DNA of 64,000 nt from Chiloscyllium plagiosum (lineage: Eukaryota), in assembly GCF_004010195.1 (NCBI RefSeq), contig NC_057718.1, positions 93,398,561 through 93,462,560 on the forward strand, in the 5' to 3' direction. Made by a program: the position numbers and the translations under genes. The notes under the pieces were generated by a model. The model made no database searches and had not been told where the DNA came from. It saw only the letters and a program-made list of their open reading frames with translations. This document shows positions 51,605 to 61,851 of this stretch, piece by piece. Positions within the stretch are counted from its first letter, which is position 1. Every line of letters starts with the position of its first letter.

Positions 51605-51985
51605 GTGGTTGCTTTATCGTTCCTGAGTCAGACTGACGTGCAGTTCAAGTCTCCACTTCAGGGACTCGAGTACAGAAGTCTAACATGACATTCTTGCTCA
51701 AGTGCTATGCTGCCTTTCGAATGAGAATTGAAGCAGAACCTCTGTCAGCTTTTGGCTGGTTGTAAAACATCCCAAAGTACTATTTCAAAGGTGAAGTTTT
51801 ATTGTCCAATCCTTGTCCTTCAATTAACCTCACAATAAAACTTAATCTAGTCATTACCACAGTGTTGTATGTGATACCTCTTGAATTAATAGATGTGCTT
51901 CCTACATTACAGCTGTGGCAATATTTCAAAAGTACTCCTTTGGATATGAGGTCAGGATAGGTGCTATATAAATGCTAGCCTTGCT
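51605..51985 (+). mobile_element. Degenerate near-full-length Deu-domain SINE
   Basis: cctgagtcag..gttcaagtc head, tgcctttcgaatgaga, taaaacatccc..tactatttcaaag, tail ggtgctatataaatgc. Confidence 0.55.
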
Positions 51986-52089
51986 TCTCCTATCCTGGAG
52001 AAAGTGAGGTCTGCAGATGCTGGAGATCAAAGTTGAAACTTTATTGATGGAACAGCACAGCAGGTCAGGCAGCATCCAGGGAACAGGAG

Positions 52090-52125
52090 ATTCGACGTTT
52101 CGGGCACAGGCCCTTCTTCAGGAAT
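52090..52125 (-). ncRNA. Minimal hammerhead ribozyme motif (family A), intact
   Basis: auuc CUGAAGA A GGGC CUGU GCCC GAAA CG UC gaau: full core, perfect stems I and II. Confidence 0.85.
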
Positions 52126-52276
52126 GAGCAGAGAGTGTTCAGCAGGAGAAGATAAAAGGTAGGGAGGAGGGACTTGGAGGAGGGGAGTTGGAAATGTGAT
52201 AGGTGGAAAGAGGTCAAGGTGAGGGTGATAGGTCGGAGTAGGGTGGAGGCGGAGAGGTCAAGAAGAAGACTGCAGG

Positions 52277-53044
52277 TCAGGAGGGCGGTGCCGGGCTGGA
52301 GGGATTCGGCTGAGACAAGTTGGGGGGAGGGGGGATGAAGAAACTGGTGAAGTCCAAGTTCATCCCCTGTGGTTGGAGGGTTCCCAGTCGGAAGATAAGA
52401 TGCTCCTCCTCCGACCGTCGGGTTGTTGTGGTTTGGCGGTGGATGAGTCCAATGACCTGCATATCCTCGGTGGAGTGGGAGGGGGAGTTGAAATGCTGTG
52501 CTACAGGTTGGTTGGGTTGGTTCGTCCGGGTGGCCCAGAGGTGCTCTCTGAATCGCTCCGCAAGTAGGCGGCCTGTCTCCCCAATATAGAGGAGGCCACA
52601 CCGGCTGCAGCGGATGCAGTAGATGATGTGGGTGGAGGTGCAGGTGAATCTGTGGCGGATATGGAAGTTTCCTTTGGGGCCTTGGAGAGAAGTGAGGGGG
52701 GAGGTGTGGGCGCAAGTGTTGCACCTCCTGCGGTTGCAAGGGAAGGTGCCGGGAGTGGTGGTTGGGTCGGTGGGGGGTGTGGATCTGACAAGGGAGTCGC
52801 GGAGGGAGTGGTCTCTACGGACAGCTGATAGGGGAGGGGAGGGAAATATATCCTTGGTGCTGGGGTCTGTTTGGAGGTGGCGGAAGTGACGGCGGATGAT
52901 GCGCTGTACATGGAGATTGGTGGGGTGGTAGGTGAGGACCAGTGGGGTTCTGTCCTGGTGGCGGTTGGAGGGGCGGGGCTCAAGGGCGGAGGAGCGGGAA
53001 GTGGAGGAGATGCGGTGGAGGGCACCGTCGACCACGTCGACCAC
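52277..53044 (-). CDS. C-terminal part of the PLE polyprotein: linker, Cys motif and GIY-YIG endonuclease (no true start)
   Basis: PLVLTYHP, PCNRRRCNTC, IIYCIRCSRCGLLYIGETGRLLAERFREH, EEEHLIFRLGTLQPQGMN. Confidence 0.9.
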   Translation of the reverse strand: MVDVVDGALHRISSTSRSSALEPRPSNRHQDRTPLVLTYHPTNLHVQRIIRRHFRHLQTDPSTKDIFPSPPLSAVRRDHSLRDSLVRSTPPTDPTTTPGTFPCNRRRCNTCAHTSPLTSLQGPKGNFHIRHRFTCTSTHIIYCIRCSRCGLLYIGETGRLLAERFREHLWATRTNQPNQPVAQHFNSPSHSTEDMQVIGLIHRQTTTTRRSEEEHLIFRLGTLQPQGMNLDFTSFFIPPPPNLSQPNPSSPAPPS

Positions 53045-53131
53045 GGTGCCCTCCTATCCTGCCATCATGCTTGAATGTGAATTACAACTGGCTCCAGGTG
53101 AAAGAATTTGAAAGTAGTACGCTTGCTGGTA

Positions 53132-53682
53132 CAGGTAGGTAGTTCTGGGATAATGCACGTTTCACCAGTGCGATTTGGCTATAATGTCGCTTAAGAAGTA
53201 GGAAACGGGATTTTCAATAACGTTTACCTCTGTTGGTAATAGAGCGATTCCAGCGGGGATCAGCTCGCGTGCTGCGTTCTGCGGATGCGCCGATGTCGGT
53301 GCTTGTCTTCGCGCTGTTCTGCGCATGCGCCAATTCCTGTGCCGAAGTTTCTGCGTTGACCTGCGCATACGCCAATGTCAGCTGCCAACAGAGCAGCTTT
53401 CTGTAACAGGTACTGTACAAAGAGCAGTTTTTTTTACATCTTTTTAATTCACTATGTTAAACTTACTTTTGTTTCATTAATAAATGTGATTTAAACCTTC
53501 ATTCAGGCTGTGCTATACTTTGCATTAGACTTTTAGGCGAATTTTCAGTGATCGTGCGTGATATTTTTTACGGGTCTGCTCAAAACCACTTTTCCAATAG
53601 GCCCCATCATTCCTATTACGCGATTTTCTATTAAATGAGGTTTCGCTGGAATGCGACTGTGGCGTGAAAGGAGAACTATCTG
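53132..53682. mobile_element. Probable Tigger-like MITE (right half also at ~28030-28261)
   Basis: Ends tacaggtaggtagttct / agaactatctg; shared cgattttctat..ggagaacta end with 28190-28261. Confidence 0.55.
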
Positions 53683-54475
53683 CATTTTTTTTTCCGGCTG
53701 TGTTGTCAAATCAGACTGCTGAATAATATTTCCCTGATAGGCTAATTAGAAACTTGCATGGAAACAATTGCCTGGGCAGTTTGAACAAAAGAAAAAGGCA
53801 AAGCCACATCAGATTTCTTCCTGCAATCACAGTTCCATTTTGCCGAAAGCTTGCAATGAGCAAACAGAGTATCCTGCGGTAAGGTGCCCAGTAAGTGCAC
53901 AAAAGGTAACTGTATTTTTTGAGTAAGCAATTCCAGAAAACTGGTGGTAAATGGACCTTAGCAAAAATGCAAATAGACGACTTGCAGCTGTGAGAATCAG
54001 CCATCTTTGACATTGACAATATGGAGTACAGATGAAGGCTTTTGTCTCAGTACAATGGCGTGGTTCTGCGAGGTCTGTGAGTGATCTGCACTTGTGGAAG
54101 TGTTCTGGAAAATGAATTATCTTCACATTTGAAACCGCCCCTGTTCAGCAGCAGAAGAATGCTGCGGCATTTTATTTTTGTTCTTTTATGGGATATGGAT
54201 TTCCCTGGCCAGGTCACTTACTTGGCCTATAACTGTACAGTTTATTGGCCAAGAGTCAACCAACTGCTGGATCACTGGTCACCCTGAATGGATAACATGG
54301 GATAATTTGTTCTTACAGCAAATTATATAATTTTCTTTTGCAATAATCAATGAGAGCTCATGGCCTCATTGCTGAGACTAGCTATTAATTCCAGATTGTA
54401 ATTAACTAAACATATTAGACTCTGTGAGCTGGTGGCATTTGAACCTGTGCCCACAACCAAGCAGCCTGGACCTTT

Positions 54476-55215
54476 GATTTGATTTAGTTTGGTTTATTAT
54501 TGTCACATGTACCTGGGTACAGTGAAAAGTTTTGATTTGTGTGCGGTACAGTGCAGACCGTACTATACAAAGTGCTTTAGAGTACTGGAACAGTGGTACA
54601 GTGGTTAGTACTGCAGCCTCATAGTGCCAGCGACTTGGGTTTGATTCCAGCCTCGGGTGACTGTCTGTGTGGAGTTTGCACCTTCTCCCCGTGTCTGCAT
54701 GAGTTTCCTCCCACAATCCAAAAGATGTGCAGGTCAGGTGAATTGGCCATGCTAAATTGCCCATAATATTAGGTGCATTAGTCAGGGGTAAATATAGGGT
54801 GGGGGAATGGGTCTGGGTGGGTTATTCTTTGGAAGGTCAGTGTGGACTTGTTGGGCTGAAAGGCCTGTTTCCATACTGTAGGGCTTCTAATCTAAATACA
54901 ATGCTGCAGCTGCAGCAAAGGTGCACAGAGAGTGAGATCAACATTACATTTAAATTTGGAGCATTCCATTCAGAAGTCTAATAAAAGCTGGGAAAAAAAA
55001 TTGATTCATATATGTATACAAATCTCTATATCGTCTGCCTGATGGAAGAGGTTGGAAGAGATTATAACTGGGGTGGGAGGAGTCTTTGATTTTGTTGGTT
55101 GCTTTCCCAAGGCAGTGGGAAGTATAGATAGAGTAAATGGTTGGAAGGTTGGTTTGTGTGATAGACTGGGCTATGTTCACAACATTCTGTAGTTGCTTAC
55201 CATCTTGGGAAGAGT
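54476..55215 (-). mobile_element. Rex1/Babar LINE 3' end, interrupted by an HE1-like SINE
   Basis: ORF 54950-55180 AQSITQTNLPTI..KDSSHPSYNLFQPLPSGRRYR; (tttga)n tail. Confidence 0.85.
54590..54895 (+). mobile_element. HE1-like V-SINE
   Basis: A/B boxes, V-domain, tail. Confidence 0.9.
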
Positions 55216-55611
55216 TTGGTTGATGATTCCAATTGCAGTCTTACTGTACCGCAATTTCCCCCAAAAATAAACAGTTGCTCAACAATGAATGGAGCTGAGT
55301 TTTGTGGAGAATCTTTCCTCTTGTCTGCCACAGCTCGAGGGTTGCAAATAGCGAGAGAGACCAACGCAGTGGAGTTGCTGAAACGAAACCAGAAAGCGGA
55401 GAAATGTGGCAGGTCCGGAAGCATCTGCAAAGAGAGAAACGGAGCTAACGTTTCGAGTCCAGTGATCCGTTGTTGGAATTGAAACCGTGAAATAGTGGTG
55501 TTTATGCTGATGATGAGGTGGGAAGGGGGAAGGAGTGAGACAGATAGTTGCAGACAGTGACCAGAGAGAGAGAGAGAGAGAGTAAAGATTGAAAAGTCAT
55601 GTAATGTTCCA

Positions 55612-55965
55612 TCTACATTTCCCGTAGCCAAAGAAAGTCAGACAACATCATTAAAGACCCTTCCCACCCCAGTAATACTCTCTTCTAACCTCTTCTGTCA
55701 GGCAGAAGAAATAGAAGCTTAAACACATGTACCAAAAGGTTCAGGAACAGCTTCTTCCCCGCTGTTATTAGACTGCTGAGCAGACCTCTCTAAATTCAAA
55801 TTGAATGTTGATCTCATTTTTGTGCACCTCCTGGGTGCCCCGCTCATCAAAATATCCTCTGACCCTGTTTGCTATGATCAACCTGTACTGCATGCAAAAC
55901 ATAACTTTTCACTGCACTTAGGTACAGGTGACAACAATAAATCCCATCAAATCAAATCAAAATTT
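55612..55965 (+). mobile_element. Rex1/Babar LINE 3' end
   Basis: IIKDPSHP...SGRRNRSLNTCTKRFRNSFFPAVIRLL; (atcaa)n tail. Confidence 0.85.
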
Positions 55966-56051
55966 ACATCAGAGGGATTTTGCTGATGGTAAGCTGCGGG
56001 AAGAAATGAAGGCTAATTGGTGATAAAGAGATCTGTGAATAGTTAAAGACA

Positions 56052-56338
56052 GGGGTGGCACAGTGGTTAGCACTGCTACCTCACAGCACCAGGGTCCCAG
56101 GTTCAATTCCAGCCTTGGGTGACTGTCTGTGTGTAGTTTGCATATTCTCCCTGTGTCTGCGTGGGTTTCCTCCCACAGTCCAAAGTTGTGTGGGTCAGGT
56201 GAATTGGCCATGCTAAATTGCCCATAGTGTTAGGTGCATTAGTCAGAGGGAAATGGTTCTGGGTGGGTTACTCTTCAGAGGGTCGGTATGGACTGGTTGG
56301 GACGAAGGGCCTGTTTCCACACTGTAGGTAATCTAATC
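56052..56338 (+). mobile_element. HE1-like V-SINE
   Basis: A/B boxes, V-domain, tail. Confidence 0.9.
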
Positions 56339-56684
56339 ATGTATTGGCTGTGCTGGGATCAGCCCTTACAGAATAAGACCTGGGGAGGTAGGTATGGAAA
56401 ATGAACATGTAGGAGAGTTTTTGCGCCCTCCACTGTCAAACTCAGTGTTATGTCCCGAGGATTGTAAAGTGCCTCAGCAGAAGATGAGTCACCGTTCTTC
56501 CAGCTTGCATTGAGTATTGCTAGAACACTGCAGCAAGCCTGAGACAGAAATATTGGTGAGGAAACAGGAGTGTGCTCTGAAGATGCAGACAACTGGAAGC
56601 TCTGGGTCATTGCTACTCCGAGAGTGAAGGTGTTCAGCAAAGCAGTCACCCAGTCTGCTGCACCCACTGGATTACTGCATTACT

Positions 56685-58378
56685 AGAACATAGAACAATA
56701 CAGCACAGAACAGGCCCTTCGGCCCACGATGTTGTGCCGAACATTTGTCCTAGCTTAAGCACCCATCCATGTACCTATCCAATTGCCACTTAAAGTTCGC
56801 CAAAGATTCTGACTCAACCACTCCCACAGGCAGCGCATTCCATGCCCCCACCACTCTCTAGGTAAAGAACCCACCCCTGACATCTCCCCAAACCCTTCCA
56901 CCCTTCACCTTAAATTTATGTCCCCTTGTAACACTCTGTTGCACCCAGGGAAAAAGTTTCTGACTGTCTACTCTATCTATTCCTCTGATCATCTTAGAAA
57001 CCTTTATCAAGTCACCCCTCATCCTTCGCCGTTCCAACGAGAAAAAGTCTAGCACTCTCAACCTATCCTCGTACGACCTATTCTCCATTCCAGGCAACAT
57101 CCTGGTAAATCTTCTCTGCACCCCCTCCAAAGCTTCCACATCTTTCCTAAAGTGAGGCGACCAGAACTGCACACAGTACTCCAAATGTGGCCTAAACAAA
57201 GTCCTGTACAGTTGCAACATCACTTCAATCCCTCTGCTAATGAACGATAATACTCCAGAGGCCTTCTTACAAACTCTATCCACCTGAGTGGCAACCTTCA
57301 AAGACCTATGNNNNNNNNNNNNNNNNNNNNNNNNNNNNNNNNNNNNNNNNNNNNNNNNNNNNNNNNNNNNNNNNNNNNNNNNNNNNNNNNNNNNNNNNNN
57401 NNNNNNNNNNNNNNNNNNNNNNNNNNNNNNNNNNNNNNNNNNNNNNNNNNNNNNNNNNNNNNNNNNNNNNNNNNNNNNNNNNNNNNNNNNNNNNNNNNNN
57501 NNNNNNNNNNNNNNNNNNNNNNNNNNNNNNNNNNNNNNNNNNNNNNNNNNNNNNNNNNNNNNNNNNNNNNNNNNNNNNNNNNNNNNNNNNNNNNNNNNNN
57601 NNNNNNNNNNNNNNNNNNNNNNNNNNNNNNNNNNNNNNNNNNNNNNNNNNNNNNNNNNNNNNNNNNNNNNNNNNNNNNNNNNNNNNNNNNNNNNNNNNNN
57701 NNNNNNNNNNNNNNNNNNNNNNNNNNNNNNNNNNNNNNNNNNNNNNNNNNNNNNNNNNNNNNNNNNNNNNNNNNNNNNNNNNNNNNNNNNNNNNNNNNNN
57801 NNNNNNNNNNNNNNNNNNNNNNNNNNNNNNNNNNNNNNNNNNNNNNNNNNNNNNNNNNNNNNNNNNNNNNNNNNNNNNNNNNNNNNNNNNNNNNNNNNNN
57901 NNNNNNNNNNNNNNNNNNNNNNNNNNNNNNNNNNNNNNNNNNNNNNNNNNNNNNNNNNNNNNNNNNNNNNNNNNNNNNNNNNNNNNNNNNNNNNNNNNNN
58001 NNNNNNNNNNNNNNNNNNNNNNNNNNNNNNNNNNNNNNNNNNNNNNNNNNNNNNNNNNNNNNNNNNNNNNNNNNNNNNNNNNNNNNNNNNNNNNNNNNNN
58101 NNNNNNNNNNNNNNNNNNNNNNNNNNNNNNNNNNNNNNNNNNNNNNNNNNNNNNNNNNNNNNNNNNNNNNNNNNNNNNNNNNNNNNNNNNNNNNNNNNNN
58201 NNNNNNNNNNNNNNNNNNNNNNNNNNNNNNNNNNNTAGCTCTCCTAATCCCTTTCTTCAGCTCCCTTCTGGCAATCCTATATCCTTCCAATGCTCTGTCT
58301 GAACCTTATTTCCTCAACCTTATGTAAGCCCCCTGCTTCCTCTTTACAAGACATTCAACCTCCCTCGTCAACCAAGGA
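56685..58378 (-). mobile_element. CR1 LINE with assembly gap, related to 300-2139
   Basis: ORF 56858-57301 CR1 C-terminus; EGYRIARRELKKGIRRA upstream of the gap; (catagaa)n tail. Confidence 0.93.
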
Positions 58379-59257
58379 GGTTGACACTCAATATGTAACT
58401 ATACCTTTAACAAACATTCCCATGATATTATCACTGCATCACAGCGCATGACCTGAGGGCATAATGTTCTCACACTCCACTTTACTCTGGGATCACTTGA
58501 AGCATGGCACTCTGTAATCGGCAATCTCACATCTTAATGCTCAAGCATACTCTTTTTGTATCTGAAGAAATTAATGTTTATTCACAGTAGTGAACTGTAA
58601 TAAATATCTGGTGGATTTTTCAACACCATGTTATCCACATCCAGTTACTTATATTACAAGGGCTAACATAAGCATTGTTGCAACATATCTTGCTCAAGTC
58701 ATAAGCAAGAGAACCCCTGTGGAAAAATCACTTTCCATATGTGTAGCATGTCTATACCTTGTTGCAAGACATTCTGCCTTATATGGAACAAGCAGAGAGA
58801 AACTACAGCAAAGGACTGCCCAAGACAGCAATTTGTCCAAAACTCAGTCAGCTACAGCATCCTGTCTTATTTGTAGCAGCACATTTCACGTACAATCCAG
58901 CCTTAACAATCACCTACATATCCTCCAAAAAACATAGAGAATGAATTTGGTTATCCTCATCTCAAGGAATAACGAAAAAGAAAACTTGGAATCATCATGT
59001 TTTAACCTATCTCAGTGAGGCATTTACTTAGATCAGCTAATACTAACAATAACTTATGTATAAAGCATTTTGAGCAGAATTAAACAAACCTAGGAACTTC
59101 ACAGGAGTATTAGAAAATAAATTATAACACTGAGCCACATAAGGTGATATCAGTGTAACGTAAGGTTTTGAATATACAGACAGTCCAAAGATCATGGGCA
59201 AGGATTCTTTTTTTCACTGGCATCAGCTCATTATAAATAGGAAGGAAATTTCTTGTT

Positions 59258-59590
59258 TTATTCATTCACGAGATGAAGGCATCGCTGGCCAGGGTGGTAT
59301 TTATTGCTAATTGCTAAGAGTCAATCACATTCCTGTGGGTCTGGAGTCACATTTAGACCAGAACTAGAAAGGTTAACAGTTTTCTTCCCTAAAGGATGTT
59401 AATGAACCAGATGGGTTTATCCTGACAATTGACAATGGATTCATGGTCATCATTAAACTCTTAATTCCAGATATTTATTGAATTCAAATTCCACCATCTG
59501 CCTTGGCAGGATTCAAACCCAGCTCCCCAGAACATTATCTGGGTCTCTGATTTAACAGCCCAGCAATAGCACCACTAGGCCAATGGCTCC
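59258..59590 (-). mobile_element. tRNA-derived SINE (second family)
   Basis: Matches 7845-8210; partial copy also at ~54172-54475. Confidence 0.75.
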
Positions 59591-59664
59591 CACTGTTAAA
59601 TTAAATATTAGCAATGAATTATTGATAGCATGTTCATGGAACAAAGCCTGTAGTTTTTTTCAAA

Positions 59665-61270
59665 ATGTTTTTGTGGGATGTGGGTGTCGCTGGCTGGGTC
59701 AGCATTTATTGCCCGTCCCCGGTTGCCCTTGAGAAGGTGGTGGTGAGCTGCCTTCTTGAACCTTCTGTGGATTGACCCACAATGCCTTAAGGAAGGAATT
59801 CCAGAATTTTGACTCAGTGATAGTGAAGGAACGGCGATATATCGCCAAGTCAGTTTGCTGAGTGGCTAAGAAGGGAAGTTGCAGATAGGCGGTCTTCTTC
59901 TGGATTGATTGCCCTTGTCCTTCTTGAAGGAAATGGCCATGAGTTTGAAAGGTGCTGTCTGAGGATCTTTGGTGAATTAACGCTGCTATTGAGCATCAGT
60001 GGTGGAGGGAATGGACATGGTGTGATGACAATCAAGTGGGCTGCTTTGGCCTGGATGGTGTTGAGCTTCTTGAGTGTTATTGGAATTGCACCCATCCAGG
60101 CAAGTGGGGAGTATTCCATCACACCCTGATGTGTGCCTTGTAAATGGTGGACAGGCATTTAGAAGTCAGAAGTTGAGTTACTCGCCAAGGTATTCCTAGC
60201 CTCTGATCTGCTTTTGTAGCCACAGTGTTTATGTGATGGGTCCAGTTGAGTTTTTTGTCAATGGTAACCTCCAGGATACTGATAGTGAGAAACTCAGTGA
60301 TGGCAACAGTCAAGAGACAGTGGTTAGATTGTCTCTTATTGGAGATCATCATTGTCTCGCATTTGTTGTGGCATGAACTTTGCTTGTCACTTGTCAGCCC
60401 AAGCCTGGATACTGTCTGGATCTTGTTGTATTTGAACATTGACTACTTCAACGTCTGAGGAATAACGAGTGGTGCTGAACATTGTGCAATCATTGGCAAA
60501 CATCCCCACTTCTGATGGAGGGAAGGCCATTGATGAAGCAGCTGAAGTTGGTTGGGCCTAGGACACTACCCGGAGGAACATCTGCAGAGATGTCCTGGAA
60601 TTGAGATGACTGACCTCCAACAACCACGACCATCTTCCAATGTGTCAGGAGAGTTGCCCCCGATACCCATTGCTCCCAGTTTTGCTATGGCTCCTTGATG
60701 CCACACTCGGTCCAAAGCAGTCTTGATGCCAAGGGCTGTCACTCTCACCTCCCCTCTGGAATTCAGCTTGTTTGTCCATGTTTGAATCAACTCTGTAATG
60801 AGGTCAGGAACTGAGTGGCCCTGGCAGAATCTAAATTGGGCGTCACTGAGCAGGTTATTACTGAGCAGGTGCTGCCTGATAGTACTATTATACACACCTT
60901 CCATCATTTTACTGATGATCAAGAGTAGACTGACGTGGCAGTAATTGGCTGGGTTAGAATTGTCCTTCATTTTATATATAGGACCTAACTAGTCAATTTC
61001 CACATTGTTGGGTAGATGCATGGTTGTAATGTACTGGACGAATTTGGCTAGTTCAGGAGCACAAGTCTTCATTGCTGTCACTGGAATGTTGTCAGGGCCT
61101 ATAGCATTTGTAGTATCCAGTGTTTCCATGTTGGAGAGTTTCATGTGGAGTGAACTGAATTGGCAGAAGGCTGATCTCTGTAATGCTGAAGACCACTGGA
61201 AGAGATTGTAATGGATCATCCACTTGGCCCTTCTGCCTGAAAATTGTGTAAATGTTTCAGCCTTATCAGT
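59665..61270 (-). mobile_element. Degenerate non-LTR retrotransposon RT region (CR1/L2 group, distinct from the main CR1)
   Basis: ORFs 60566-60970 (NPANYCHVSLL..NNLLSDAQFRF..ALDRVWHQG), 60119-60439, 59850-60158 (MEYSPLAW), GPDNIP at 60989-61219. Confidence 0.88.
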
Positions 61271-61851
61271 GAACTAAGGAATCCTTGGTCTATCTGCTTC
61301 CTCATTCTCATCAGCCTTTATTCCACCAAAAGCACCTTTTCTTTCCCACTGGTAGTCCATTAGACTGCACTAGCTGCACTCCCTCACTGTCACCACCTGC
61401 TGGAAGAGGTCCTACTGAACAGGTGAGCTTCTTTGCTTAGAGGCTTCCATCAGTGTTGCCATCTGCTGGGGAAAGAGAGTCAGAATGGATGCAAATTGAT
61501 AACTTTGTCTCTCTCTCTCTCTGTCTTCACAGATGTGGCCAGACCTGCTGAGTTTCTCCAGCACTTTCTGCTTTTACCTCAGACCTTCAACATCTGCCAT
61601 ATATTGATTTTATTTGAGAAATTAGGTTAGATGACCAAAACCTTGGTGTAAGATGTAGATCTTAAAGTTTATTTTAAAGCAAGGTAGAGAGGCAAGAAAT
61701 TTTAGGGAGGATATTCCAGTGTTTCGTCCTTGGCAACTGGAAGTATAGATGCCAATGATGGAGCAATCAAAGTTGGGAATGCTCTACAAGACAGAATTAC
61801 AGGACTACTGATACAGTCAGGTTGGGGGAGATTGCAGAGATAGGGTGGTGT

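Larger units (their letters stand above)
51998..53050 (-). mobile_element. Penelope-like retroelement, 5'-truncated, recent
   Basis: Intact GIY-YIG reading frame, hammerhead in the 3' end, perfect 11-bp flanking duplication ctcctatcctg (51987 and 53051). Confidence 0.95.
55380..56665 (-). mobile_element. Old PLE (family D) with degenerate GIY-YIG C-terminus, split by Rex1 and SINE insertions
   Basis: Minus translation near 56440-56660 gives RLGDCFAEHL..NDPELPVV..SVSGLLQCSSNTQCKLEE; PLE-type end at 55380-55480. Confidence 0.65.

Noticed and set aside
57288..58327. ORFs over 300 aa
   Set aside because: N-gap artefacts inside a CR1
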